64,000 nucleotides of DNA from Podarcis melisellensis (Eukaryota). Below, in pieces: positions 12,201 through 26,831 of this stretch. Every line of letters starts with the position of its first letter. Within the stretch, counting starts at the first letter, position 1. The notes beneath the pieces were generated by a model. That model had not been told where the DNA came from and did not search any database. It saw nothing but the letters and a program-made list of their open reading frames with translations. The stretch lies in the NCBI GenBank assembly GCA_964234715.1, contig OZ174275.1; one strand, 5' to 3'. The translations under genes were made by a program, and so were the position numbers.

Positions 12201-15200
12201 AAGGAGTCTCAAAGCGGCTAACATTCTCCTTTCCCTTCCTCCCCCACAACAAACACTCTGTGAGGTGAGTGGGGCTGAGAGACTTCAAAGAAGTGTGACT
12301 GGCCCAAGGTCACCCAGCAGCTGCATGTGGAGGAGCGAAGATGCGAACCCGGTTCCCCAGATTACGAGACTACCGCTCTTAACCACTACACCACACATGC
12401 ATGAGGCAGTCATACCAGAGAATAATACTCTGAAAGCCAGCAGCATCCATGGATAATTGATGTATGTTTTGCCCTTCCTGTATTATGATTAAGATGGCTT
12501 AAGAAACAGATGCCTTCTGCATGCTCTCTTTAAAAACAGAGTAATTTCCAAAGCAGAATTACTCTTGATTAGAACATGAGCCGGGATCTAGAAGTCTGCT
12601 GCTTCTCTGACACCACCTGACAAGAACAGATCTGGTGGATGTAAGGAATAAAAGCATCGCCCAGCTTGGTACAGAAGAATGAAACCACAACCTCGGCTTA
12701 AGAAGAGGGCCCTCAATGATTTAGGGAGAAATCATTCCACATCACAATTGTTTACATGTACAAGAATAACCACAGAGAACTTGGCCTTGGAATAAAGATC
12801 TCTTGGCCTTGTGTAGATAATGGTTCAGCCACAGCCACAGCACATTACAAGACAACCAGCTAACAAGGGGAGGACTCACCTTGTCCTCTGACTTCCCTAC
12901 TTCTAGTGAGCTATTAATGTAATTGACCATGGAGTCTACCAGCCCATGGCATTCACGCATTTTCTGACGAGTTTGCTGGCTGGCAGAGCTAAGATTCCTA
13001 GAAGGGAAACACAAAAGCATGTCATCACAGGGAATAATATTCCTGTCACCTGAGACCTGCCATCACATCTTAAAAAGGTCAAACTAATTAATATACTAAA
13101 TACAGAAAGCAGGAGATTCTGCCAGGTACATATCAGAGGGAAGCAGCATCTCTCGGGTAAATTATTCTGCTTGACCTGGCAGCTGTATATGTATCAGGCA
13201 GAGAAAGAACGTGATCTTGACAATGGAACCCCAAAAGTAGGCTGCAGACCTAACCCTACTTACCTGAGAGCAAGGCCTGTTGAATTCAATAGAAATTATC
13301 TCTGAGTAAACATAGTTAGGACTGCACTTTGAGTCTCACTGTCAGGGGCAGCCAAATGAGATCCATGCAAAGAGAAATGGGCAGGGCTGCATTGTCAGTC
13401 AAACTGGCCCATTTTACAATCCACGACACAGCCCCATTCATAGACACCGCTAATAAGTGCGACGTTCTTGGCTTTAAAAATCAAAAGTGCCGTTTCATTG
13501 TGTGCATTGTTTAACAGTTAAACATTGCTTAACCAAAGTGCATTGTTTAACAGTCCCCTCCCAACACCTTGCTTCTGTCCTGGATGGCGCACCAATTCAT
13601 TGTTCATGCCATCTTAGTCAGCAGCAATGTACTAAGAGAAGGACAGAGTGCGAATGACAACATTGGTGCCAGCTTACACTATGGACCACTTTGACCTGCC
13701 ATGGAAGCTTTCACAGTGTAAAAGCAGCACTGCCTCTGTTTCTTAAATATTGCTTCACCGAGGATATTGAAATATTGCCACATCATGCATAGCTTTCCCA
13801 AGCTATAAGGTATTATAAGGATCCAATAGCCATAGAATATGTCTTTAATTTAGTAATGAGAAATACCTGAGGAAGCCAGTAGCATTGTAGAAGATTTCTG
13901 CCTCTGAGGCATTTTGCTGGATAAGAGCAGCATTGCCTGTCCCAGAGAGGGGAATCAAGACCAGGTCTGTGAGCTTCTCCAGCGTGTCACGGGCCAGGCG
14001 GTCCTTGAGGTTATCGCTGGAAGACAGATTCCAGAGGATGCCTGCAGAACAATGAGACAAGGATGTGTAAGGAAACTTCACTACAGAAACCACTACTCCA
14101 CAAGATGGGGAAACTCACAGCTTTCTGAGGAACTAAGCAGGAAGTAGTGTGTTTTTTTCATGCCTAGCTGGCTCCCATGTCCTATTAAATCACTGTGCAA
14201 AATGCTTCACAGTCTTTACGCACTTGTCGTCAGAATAAACCTGCAAGTTAGCCCACACATACTTTAGCTTCACAGATAGACAACTGAGGCCCAGTTTACA
14301 GGAACATTTCCTGACATGTGCCAGCAAAACAGCAGGTTGTGGAGATCAGTCCTATGAAGGCTCTGACATCCCTTGACTTGGCCTGCCACTTCCTGGGACA
14401 ACCCAGGCCTAAAAGGTGTTTCAAAGCATTCCCACAAATACTTGTCGTGTGGAAACATGGCAATCTGCCACAGTGGCTTCCCCATGTCACCAGGCTGGCA
14501 CAGGGCAACTTTCTCAAGGTCACCCAGTGCACCTATTCTCTGAGCAGAGCTGTGAAACAAGGTACCTCAAGCCCCAGGCCCTTATTTTCTTCAGTTCTTC
14601 ATAAAGGGAAGAACTGTAGCTCAGTGGCAGAGCATCTGGTTTGCATGCAGAAAGGTCCCAGGGTTCAATCCCCAGCATCTCCAGGTAGGGCTGGAAATCT
14701 CCCCCATATGAAACCCTTGGGAGCTGCTGCCAGTCAGTGAAGACAACACTGAGCTATTCAGACCAGTGTTCTGACTTGATATAAGGCAGCTTGCTATATG
14801 TTCCTTTCCTATGAATCTCTGAATAGCACATGGCTTGCTATCTGCTGAATAGTTTTACTGGAACGCATCACACTTCATTTGATTTGGGGTTCTATGTACT
14901 GTATAGGGTGTTTCCTTGAAGTTGGTCTTGACATCTCTAGACAGCCATCCCTTTAAACATTAAGAGTAGCTAGCAAGCAGCCTCCCACACTATGCTATTT
15001 AAAGTACAGTTGAAGTGAATTGGAAAATCAATGTAAAAAAGCAAATATCAATCAACCATGTTCAAAACCTTCTTATAAACCCTGCAAAGCAATTAACCAG
15101 TTCCAAAGGGATAAAATAACAAAGCACTGAAAATCCAAGTATCTGCTCTGCAAATTTTGCAAGAAGCAATTTCAAAAGAATAGCTATATTTGCCACTCAG

Positions 15201-16590
15201 TTGTATGCTTTTGTTCAATGAGCAAGGTGGCCTCAGGATTCCAATATACAAACACGAAACTCTTTGGACTGATATCCTGGGATAAGTAAGAAGACATTAC
15301 TTTCCTACTTATCAAATGAAACAAAGACAACCTACATTAGTATTGTGAAAATGATGTACCACATGATGCTGTGGTTATTTAAATATATAAAATACTGGGC
15401 GGGTTGTTTTTTGTTTTTTTTTAAGAGAGTAGATCTATTTGTTCTGGCACATTTTCAAAGCTCAAATCCACAACTACAGAAATTTCAAAATGAACAAAAA
15501 TGCACCGTTCAAAAAGGGGGACATATTCTGATCTCCTTGTGGTGGCAGCACTTCCTTCTATTCATATGGGTTTCCAAGGGTATACTTAGCTATTTTGGAA
15601 CGGGTGCTTGAAGTGTTGATTCCTTGTGGCAAATGGATCATTTGAAGGTTCCATCCCAGTACAAATATCAATGTGTGTGTGTGTGTGTAAGATAACTGCT
15701 AATTTCAGTGGGCCCTCCATAGATGAAAATATTAGAATGTTGAGCTGTTATCTGCTAACCACGCAAATCAGCCTGAGTGACAGGATGAGACCAAACAGCA
15801 GCCCCAGCAACTCCTCCAAGAAATGACAGCAAGAGAAAGATGCAGACAGACACCATGTAGAAACTTGTATGGATCCAAGCTCTGTAAGACTGTCAACATT
15901 ACTGGGATGCTTTACTACAAAGACAAGAATGGTTGAGTCACACGAACTTGTTGGAGCAAGACAGCCCTGCAGGCTCTGCCATGTGTCAACCGTGTTCTTC
16001 CAGGAACTCATCTAACCTCTTCCCTGTTGCAGTTCCTCAAACCTGAGATCTTTCCTGCAGTGCTGACAGGATAATGTCTGACTTGCTCAGCTTTGTCCTG
16101 ACCAGCTTGCTCTTTTTTCTTTACCTCTACTGGGATGCTCTACATCAACAAACAGACCAGATCCTCAGCCAGGCCCAGCACCATCTTTTGGAGGGGAGTG
16201 CTGGGCCATCTGCCCGCAGTGTCCCCCAGCACAAACCAGCCCCCCAATACCCACCATCACTTAGTTCCTTGGGCTACAGCCACTGGGCTCCCTCTTCCCC
16301 TAGCTCTGACATAGGCTCATAAGGCACTGCTCCGATCGGGTAAGCTGAATGGCAAATACAACTATGAGCTCCCCCCTTGAATTCACAGGTGAGTAGGGTT
16401 ACTCTATGCCAGCACTGGCAGGAAGGCTGTAAAGGGCTGGAATCAGAGCAGCCACCAGGCTCCCAGCACATTAAGGTGCTGCTGAGGTAAGGGGCAGGGC
16501 AAGAAAAGTGTCAGTGCTGGTGTGCATGGACCCCTGGTTCCACTATGTTAGTAGGATCAACAGATATTCTAGATACAATTTTCAAGGAAG

Positions 16591-16643
<53 letters not shown>

Positions 16644-19600
16644 TATTAAAATATGCCCCAGAGAAAAAATGCATAGTCATTTTGAGAAACAGAGTAACAC
16701 AATAGGCAATGGGGAGAAATCAAAATTTTACTGGGGAAGCTCTATTTAATGGAGAAATGAGATAAATCAGGATAAGTGAGTGCTTGGTTCTCACAGAGTT
16801 TGCATTATTGTGGAGGCAGAGAAGGAATGAGAGTTCAGCCCACAAGAGTGCTTCCAAGAGCCAATATTCATTCACACATGAAACAAAGCTAACTGTATAC
16901 ACCTCATGTTGGGATTGGATTGGGAGCACTAAGACATAAACCAGGGGGAAAGATGTTGCAGTTCTGGAGGAAGAAATATGTATTTATACAGATTTTAGTA
17001 TGAAAGGGCTAGGCAAGTAATTGGGTGAGAGAAGATAAAGAAGACGAGGGAGGATATTCTCATAAAAGAGTGAGTGGCAGGCATGATAAAAGGAGTGAGT
17101 TTTAACCTGCTTCAGGAGAAAACTAAAGGCATGGTGCAGATTTGGATGGGATTTATCCAGACTGAGATTGTGCACTGGTGATGATGAAGGATTTGGATTA
17201 TAGGGAAGGGAACTATTACATAAAAGCTAGCAAAGTGAACAAGTTTGTCTGATTTAGAAAGTGAGCCTTGCACATCACAGCAATTCACCCTGTCCGACTG
17301 GGACAAGTGGAACAACAAATCAATAAATGCATCAGTGCAATGTTTGCTTTAAATATTTTCAGATTACTGATTTGCCTATGACATGTCTCAGTAGGATACC
17401 CTGTATACAGGAGAGGTAAGGAAACATGCCCACAAAACATATTATAAATTTTGTCATGTGGGTTGCAAAAAGGGGGAGATCAGCGTGTGTGTGCGCACAC
17501 ACAGCTACAGGCAGGCAAGAATGCAGTTGTCTTGTCTCCTCCCCACCCCCAATCCATATATACCAGCAGCAAAAGGCTAATCTCATGCACAGAATGAGGT
17601 ATGCCCTGGGCTGTGATATCTGGGGATTACTCTTTCCATCCTCTGATTGTATTCAGCTAAAGCCACTTTCACAGACTCCACCATGCTTGTAATAAGCGTT
17701 AAAGCTCATTGCATCATAGCTCCTAGACCTAACTTTCCCATTAGCCTGGTATTAGATTAGACAATCAGAGCCTGTTGGGCAGGATTAGGAAGGCCCTTTT
17801 GTAACAGAAGCAAATGTAATCTCTCCTGTTGGCTGGACCTCTATATTCAGTGCCCTTGCTCTCTCCCAGCGCAAAAGACAGTTGCAGACAGGCTGGAGTC
17901 AGGTCCCAACCCACACCCTGGCCCTCCCTACCACCTATATTTATCACCTTCCTTTGCACACCATGACATACAGAGCAACTAGAGTGCGTAATCTGAGGAT
18001 TTGGAACTCCCTCCCCAGCCCATGAAGCTCTCCGGATTCTGCCAGGTTTTATGTTTTCCTCCATGAGGATTTGCTGGTGCTTATCCCAGTTCTCTTTGTG
18101 AATGGGCACGGATGCCAATCTGAGCTCAGAGAGTGTTTCAATAAACTGGGAGTTGCTAGTGTCCTGCTGATTTCTTCTGTTCACAGATTAGTGTGCCTTC
18201 AAGCTTTTTGTGAATTGAGAAATGAGACACCTGGAAAATTTGAGCTGAGTTGCAGGGGGTGGGGGGTAGGAGAGCGGCTAGTTCTGAAGGGGACCTGGGA
18301 CAAAAGGGAGGGGAGCAGCATAGAGAAAAAAGCTCTGGATGTGAATGTATCGTGTGCAGTGCAAAAGATGACGCAGGTGCAGGCAAGGTGATTCATGGGC
18401 CAAATGCAATTAAGGTGCATGGGAAAAGACCAAAGTTGGTCTTCATTTACAAATTCAAATATATGCAGGTGTGGACTAATCTAGTCTTATTTGAAGGTGG
18501 GGTGGGGTGTGGATTTATTAGCAGCAAAATGCTGCTCAAATGTAGGCAAGCCCTTACTTTGCATGCAGAAGGTCCCAGGTTCAATTCCTGGCACCTCCAG
18601 AAGAGCTGGGAAATTATTTTATTTATTTCTTCATTTAATTTATATACTGCCCTATACCTGCAGGTCTCAGGGAAGTTCACAGTATTTCCATGTTCTTGCA
18701 GTTTTTGGCCCTGGTTCAAAGTCAGTTGCATGTGTTAGTAATTCCGACCTTTTTGGACACAGGAGTTAAGAGCCTGGTCCATGCTTGGGGATGCCACCAA
18801 AAATAGTTTTCCCAAGACATGTTGTCTCCCTCCTGCTGGAATACCTGACCACTCCCACAAGGATCAGGGCCATCATGTTTCTGCTCTCCTAACAGTGGTA
18901 GCCAAACCCATGGAGTGCAGGCAGGCAGAATCCAAGCTGCAGCAAGCACTCCTAGGAGTGACAGTAGGGCAGGGGGCTACTCATGGGGAGACTATTTGGG
19001 GCAGCAGCTCTGTGGCAAATATAATGTGCACTGGAGCACTGGAGAGCTTACCCCATGCAAACTTCTCTCACCTGTGACATTCTTGCGCAACTCATCATCT
19101 TGCTCGCATAAAGTGCGCATCAGCTCATAGATCCCGTTTTCTTCCACCAGGGCCAGCTTGTTTTCAGCATTGTCGTAGATGAGGTTGCGCATGGCTCCAG
19201 TGGCATGGCGCTGCACCTCATGGTTGGAGTTGTTGAAGAGCTTCACTAGTTTGGGCACGGCTTGGAGGCTGCGAGCCTGTTGAGGCAGAGAGACAGGGAC
19301 AGAAAGAGTAGTACACTTGTCAGAGAGAAACAAGAAAGAGGTCTCTGCGTGGAACTTTTCAGTATGCCATGCCACCTAAGGCTGCCTGCTCTGTTCTCAT
19401 TCCAGATAACTTACTCATCCCCACAGGAAAGAGCCCAATGCATCAGAATGAGCGCTATTGCAGGCTTTTCAATGAGACGCGTCAGTGACTAAACCTGCAA
19501 GCCACATTGGTCCCCCTGGGAAACAAGCTCAGGCCCTGGGCATGGCCCGTTCCTAGTATCGCCTTGCAATATGCCTCTGCTGCCTCACCTGTTTCTTGGC

Positions 19601-19800
19601 ATCATTGTCGCTATAGCATTTGTGCTGGATGTATGCAGCTCCAAGCACCTGTAGGTTGGGGTCACTGGCCATCAGGTATTTCACCGCAGAAGGGAGATCA
19701 ATGTCATCAAACCTGAAAACCAAGGCCTAGTTAGAGGGGATAGTGTGCATTTTCCCATCTTCACCTCATTCACATAGAGCTCTAATAAATGTCCCCTGAA

Positions 19801-19847
<47 letters not shown>

Positions 19848-22800
19848 AAAGATATTAAGCAAATCTTAATATCTTTATTTTATCATGTTTGCAGATTGGA
19901 GGCATACAAAGGGTTTTGCTTTTCTTTTCTTTTTTGCAAAACCAAAAGTATTTTGTAAAAAAGGGGGAGGGATAGAGGGGTTTGGAATTGAGAATTAGAT
20001 GGCAAAGGAGAAGACTGCAAACATGCATGAAGGACAGGAGGGTCCAGCACAGCAGAAAAGCACACTGAGTAACAACTGCAACCTTTGGTCAGGCTTACTC
20101 TGTTTTCTGAACCCTTACTATTCGGTTCTTGCAGTTCTGTGCCTTTCTTCCCTAACTGAAATGGCTAGAAGCATGCTTTGTTCTTCAAAATTATGAGACT
20201 GGAGAGTCTCAGAATGAAAGATACCAGAATGGATTCCAGGTTCTGTGCTTCCACAATGGATATGCTGAAAACAGAAAGCAAAGCATAGTATTCCACCCCA
20301 CCCCCACTAAGGGAATTACAGAATGGGTTTCTGGGTTTTTTCCTGTTATTATTCTGTCTCTCACAGCTACAATAAATCTACCATTAAAATTATGGACTGG
20401 TCATTTCTTCGTTTGAGGGCAAATGGGCAAACTTAGCAGGGGATCAAATACTTTCCCCCCCTCATTGTAAGTCAACACCCTACTAGCCATAAACAAGTGG
20501 ATGGACAGAGGCTGCCACATCACCTAAGGCCCGTGGGCCGGATGCGTCCCAATCGCCTTCTCAATTCGGCCCGCGGACAGTCTGGGAATCAGCGTGTTTT
20601 TACATGAGTAGAATGTGTCCTTTTATTTAAAATGCATCTCTGGGCTATTTGTGGGGCCTACTTGGTGTTTTTACATGAGTAGAATGTGTGCTTTTATGTA
20701 AAATACATCTCTGGGTTATTTGTGGGGCATAGGAATTTGTTCATTCCCCCCCCCCCAAAAAAATATATATATTCCGGCCCACCACATGGTCTGAGGGGCG
20801 GTGTACTGGCCCACGACTGAAAAAGGTTGCTGAACCCTGGCCTTGGCTTTGGCTTCAGGTTGTTACATTCAAAGCACCCTAACGTGAAGTCTGGGAATTA
20901 TGGGGGAAAGAAGAGTAGAAGTCCTATCATCTTCCTTGACGCACCATCAGTTGTACTTTGCTGCTAGAGTAAAGGCATATTTCCAGAAAGGGACAACATT
21001 CACATGACTCACTGAGCAGCATTATACAAGTGATGATCAACTACTTCAATAAAAAAAAAAAATCACCAAGGCAGGAAGAACACTATGCTTTGTGTCCCTG
21101 ATTGTTCCTCTTTCTTTAGACCACCTCCGTGGGAACAGACTGCCCCACACCCTGCAAGTAAACCGCAGGACACTCACCCTCCAGAGAAGGACTGCTGAGA
21201 CATCAGTGTGTTTTGACCATCGTACATGTCAATGGCACGCAGGTCTTGCAAATGGTGGTTGGAGTCAGCCAAGCTGCGCACAGAGGGGGCACGGGAACTG
21301 CGTTCCATCATTCCTGCATAGGAGTTCCCGGCCTGAGAAGCCTGGACTGTGCCATAGGTGCCCGTGCTAAGGCGGGAGCGGTTGTTGCTCTGGAAGCGCT
21401 GCAAGGTGCGCATGGCCGGCGCGCGGATGACAGGCCTGTTCTGCGGTGCCTCCACGCCATCCATCCAGTCGATGGGCCCCTTCATGCCGGCGTTGGAGCC
21501 GGCGCTCATCTGCCTTTCAAAGGTGTAGGATCTGCTGAAGCCGCCACCTGCCCGGTTTTTGTAGAGAGCTGCCTGGGCCAGTGGATCCAGCTGCTCAGAC
21601 ACAATGCTGTAGTGGTCATCCACACCCCCAGGACTGCCTGGCCCATCCGCCAGGCGCAGGGAGCGCAGGGACATGGTGTCATAGTTCTGATGCCCTCGGT
21701 AGTTCCGCTCGTGAAAAGACCTGGGGCGGGGGGCAGTGCTGGCAGACTGAGACATTGTGTAATTTGGGCTATAAGCCAGGCCCTTGGGCCCAACGCCATT
21801 GCTGATAGAGGCCATTCTCTTGTTGGGTCTGAGGTCCACCGCTGAGCGAGAGGACCAGCTAGTAGTTTTCATGGTGCTGTAACCTTTCTTTCCAGCTGGT
21901 GGTTGGTACAGCTACATTGGGAGGAAAGAAGGGAGTGCAATGTTTATTTTCAAAAGGAGATAGACTCTTCTATCAAATGAAATAATGCAGAGTATTTGGT
22001 TTGTCCTGCAAATGCCACACCCCAGTGGCAAGGTCAAGTGGGGTCTTTCCATACCACCCATTTATTTGCCCTTGATGGGCACCATCCTCAGTGAACTGGC
22101 AGGCCACATTCTGCTCTCAGTTAACAGCCATGCTGCTCTGCACAGAATCTTAAAAGCTGGCAGAGCTGGCTCTGACACCGTCCCTGGGATATTTTACTGA
22201 AACAATCGCTGCAAGATTGCTTAGTACCATGGGGACTAGTTTTACAAAAGCAGGGAGGCCAAAAGTGGGAATTAGATTCCTTTAACACTGGTGGTAATCA
22301 TCACAACAGTCATCATCACCCACAATCGCAGTTCATTAGCAATCAATAGGCAGCAGAAAGAGCTGGGTTTTTGAACTTACAGAGCTTTGGGGGGCTGTGC
22401 CATTTGTCTGGGATCTGGAGCTGTAGTGCTGCTGCAGAGTGCTGCATTGGCCATTGGTGGAGTTTCCGCCTGCAGGACAAGAATACATTGAGCTCACTTA
22501 GCAAGGACAGTATCGCTTTGTTTGGCAAACAGTCCAACAGTTGGGGCAGCAGGACAGCAACTGGCTGGAGTTGACTAAACTTGGAAGGAGAAATATAATA
22601 TGCATGAAAATATCAGACTTTACCCTTCAAATTCTAGAGGTCTGGATTCTGGGTCCATGGCAGACCTCAGTTTCTATGTTAATCAAAACAAGTGTCTTGG
22701 CTTCAATTACTCCCATGTTATGTTTCCCAGTTAATCCTGGAAACTAGTTTATACTGTTACACGGTTGGTTGTTCTAGCCTAATATTGTCCCCTCAGACTG

Positions 22801-25800
22801 GAAACAGTTCTCCAGGGTCCCAGGCACTGGTCCTTCTCAGCCCTGCAATGAGAGATCCTGTTAACTGGAGATGCCATAGGCTGACCCTAGGTGTCATGAT
22901 TCCAGAGTGACCAGGACACCAAAATAGAGACTATAGCATCACCGGCCTAGGAGCTAAATCAGGTTCCTGACTCTGTCTTCAATGCTGGTTCAGGGAACCA
23001 CTGAAGCCCATCTCATACAACATGAGATGGAGCCACAAATGGAATCTTCCCCAGGGCCCATGGAACTGAGTGCCTCTCATACTAGCTTGCCAGTCTAATG
23101 GCAAAGAGTGTGTGCCAGGTAGGAAGCAATAGAGCGCAGGAGAAGTCCCAGTCCTCAGGCCAGGGGGTGGGCCTTCAAGAGTCTCTAGCAGGAGGAGCCT
23201 GCATTTATCAATGCTGAGTAGCACAGGGCTATTTACTGCTTGATAAATTCCTAGATATGAAAGCTTCTGTTAATTCAGTCTAAAATTACACTGGCCTCCA
23301 TTTCACTCCACTGCATGAAACTGTTGACTCAGTTGGTTATCTATTATCACCCTTAAATGCTTGTTGGCATCATGACTGCATAGCCAATTATCCAATATCT
23401 TGTCAAGGGTCTCTGACCTGAACCTAATTTTCAAAGCTATCCCTCGTTGCCCTTGCAATGTCCCTCTTGTCCACCATATGTTCCTAGTCATTTGGATTTG
23501 CCTGCAGCCAAGCCTTATATAGCTCGGAGAGGCCATTGTAGGGCCTGCCAAAACCATGCAAAAAGCTTGCAAACACATTGAGGTGTCCCACACTTTCTGG
23601 AGCATAAATTACTGTTACAAAAATGTCCTTTATTTCAGAACCTCCTTGTTTTCCACAAGACAACTGTCTAGCTTCCACTTTTTAAGCTTGTCAGTTCTTC
23701 CAAAGACACCTTCATCCTCTACAAAGGCTCAAAGCTTTTCACAAAGAACACAAGGGCATAATAAGTACCTTGCTGGTTCAAATCAAAGGTCTACCTAGCC
23801 AGTCCATCATTCTGCCTCAGAATGTGGGCAGCCAGGTGTCTCTGACAAACTCACTAGACAAAAAAAATGGCAACAATCATACCCTTCAGTTCGTTTCCAA
23901 ACAGCTGGTATTCACTTAAACTAGGGATGCAGGCTCAAAACATTGGAATCAGTTTTGCAATCATGGGTAACAGCTATCAAAAGTAAGCTAAGCTTGAACT
24001 CATCACCATACTCGTGGTAATTCATATCATTAGTTAATGAACCACTATGAATAAGTATTTTTTCTTCATCCTAGACCAAATACTTCCTTGAGCAACTTTG
24101 TGTTCTGTTCTTATGGGAGAAGGTGGACAATTTCTCTCTCTCCATTCTCTTCACATCATTCATGATTGTATAAACTTTAACTTGTGCCCTCTGAGTTGTC
24201 TATTTTCTAAGCCAAGTAAAATATTATTTCATTTTTATAGGACTCTTGACTTCCCCAATTAGCTCTCTCATGTCAGGTTGTTTTGTCTTTGCTTGACCCT
24301 CATTTAGAAGCTTCCATCTTCCATTTTAAATTCATAAGACTGAGATATGAGTTATCCTCCATCTTACTGCATTTGGCTCTTCCCTTTCCTGTCATCCATT
24401 TATTTGTGGTGGTTTTCTGATGCTCTTTTAATCAGATTGTAATAGCATGGTGGTTCACATTCCACCTACGCATGAATTCCTGGATAATATCCCAGAACAC
24501 ACTGTACTGGGATCTGGCACAGTGCCTTCTGGGTAATGACACCTCCATTCACTTTTTGGGAAGAAAGTGGAAATGGCTACACATTTTGGAAAGATGATCT
24601 ATTCATCCATTATGATTAAAAATCATTAGCGTGGTGATTATTAAAGGTGCTCTTGTTCAGAGGTGCATGGCTCCTAGGGCTACTGCAAGGTAGAAGGGGG
24701 AAATGAAAATGGCAGGGAATTGTACTGGCTTTGCACTTGTCAGAGGCCCAGATGCGACATAACACTAAGCCAAACCATGACTTAGAGCAGGTGTCCCCAA
24801 CCTTCGGCCCTCCAGATGTTTTGGACTACAATTCCCATCATCCCTGACCATTGGTCCTGTTAGGCAGGGATCATGGGAGTTGTAGGCCAAAACATCTGGA
24901 GGGCCACAGGTTGGGAATGCCTGACTTAGAGTGAATAAGCAAATGTGCAGGTTCCCAAAGAGAAGACTGGCCACTTTGCTTTTTCTCTGGTCCTGCTGCT
25001 GCCATGCTGCTGTGAGCTGAGCATGGCAAACCATAGAACAAACCTTGGCTACAGCTCACAGTTTGTCTGGAGCAAGATAAACCATGAGCCCAGGTTTGGA
25101 CACAACACTAAGCCAAATCACGGCACGGTGCTGTATGTTCTTCTCCCAGCTGTGTCACACACAATCCTTGATCACAGGTCATATTGTGGGTGAGAGAAAA
25201 GGAAAGACCAGGACTATCAGCACTGAACAAATTTGCATCGGCAATGTTAGTAGAGGAAACCTCCAAAGCAAAGGCACTTGCTTCCTGTGCCCTTCACAAA
25301 AGAGACCTTATAGTCATAGTTTACAACTCAAGTGCCAAAGAACAGTGTGGGAAATGGCTTTGGAGCTGTCCTCTCACTTTCTTATCTGCAAAATGCTTGG
25401 TTTTCTTCTTGCTTGGCTGCACTGGTTCTCCTTTCCGACAAACAGAAATGCAAGACAATCCCACAGAGGGGCTAGCTAATAAGCTTCAGCTCCTTGTGTT
25501 GCCTCTCCATTAACTTTCTCCACTCCTTCTTTCCCAGGCATCCTTTCATTTTGTATAAATATTAAAGCACTTTTTAAATGGTTGCTTAACAAAGGCCCTT
25601 TTTAGAAAGCTGTAACCTGGCACAGTTCCTGGATAGCTGAAGGGAGTTGACCAGCTATCAGCGCAGCCATAATGCTACTGAGTGATTGTATTTCAGAAGC
25701 TGCAGAGTCATCGGGAGAGACCTGAGCCAAAATCCAGCAAGTAGAATGTTTTTGGTGGGCTCAGATTTTGTTCTGAGCCAACGTTTAATGTTTTTTCTCA

Positions 25801-26785
25801 GAACCATCTGACTGCTTTTGCGGCTGTGAGGGAGGAGATACGTACAGCAGTATCCCATATCCATTTTAGAAGAATCTGTAGAAGATAACAACTTAACTCA
25901 GAAGGAGTGTAAAACATGGTTTACCACTAAACTTGAATGAACAAAACCTTACTTTGATGTTCAAACCAGACCAAGAAACAAGTCTTAATCCCTAAAGGCA
26001 AGTTTACACTAGCAGTTTTTTGGATGTTACCATATGAAATGCACCCCTAAGACTGGAAATATTGTGCATTCTCCAGGGACGGAACACCATTGGTGTGCCT
26101 GGTTTTGTTTGTGTGTGTGTGCCGCACATGTGTTTTAAAGCTGGGGAACAGTTTTTGCTCCTAAGACATGCTGTACTCTTAAGTGCTTGGCACAGAACAC
26201 GCTAACTAGCTAGCTATACTATTGCAACATCAAGTTATAGTGACATCGCAAATATGCTAGTGCACAGGCTTAGAGAAGTACTATTATTTAATGCTTAAAA
26301 ACAGCACCATGGACTGGTTTAAAAGATCTATGGTAGTTCAAAACATCAAAAGAAAATCTATACAAATGGTCACTATGCACAGCTCAGAAGAGGGAGGAAA
26401 AAGTTGCTACTACCAAGCAAGAAACACAATTTATGTGAAGCTTGTCACTTAACTCAGGGGTCACAAACACAATGCCCATGAGAACCAATATGCCCACCAG
26501 TTCCTTCTATGACACCCTTAAAAGGTATCAGTAAATATCCCCTCAAAAACCAATAATGTATGAGGGACTATTTGCTCTTATTGCTCACTTTCTGATTGCA
26601 CCAGCTTGGTCTGTCCTGTATTCTCCCACAGGAGCCATTTTATGTTCTGTCACACCCCCATGGCAGCCATTTTGTGACTGGCACCCGCAGCCTTAAACCC
26701 TTTCTTCTTTTTAAAGAATGCCATTTTCATACATTAATCCCTTATTACGCTTTCCTTTCTCTCTGTGTGTTCTGCAACTCACTCA

Positions 26786-26831
<46 letters not shown>

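Noticed and set aside
13502-13554. 17-bp direct repeat gtgcattgtttaacagt with short spacer
   Set aside because: Only two copies; a local duplication, not a CRISPR-like or functional array.
14612-14682. tRNA-like sequence (also 12330-12396, 42828-42895, 59168)
   Set aside because: It continues into SINE bodies present in several copies; these are SINE heads, not tRNA genes.
21213-21845. 210-aa + strand ORF
   Set aside because: Antisense shadow of GC-rich PKP3 exon 3.
25806-25875. Exon-like segment (tctacag|ATTCTTCTAAAATG...) first considered as PKP3 exon 2
   Set aside because: No good in-phase donor and no PKP3 similarity; the true exon 2 is at 22381-22469.
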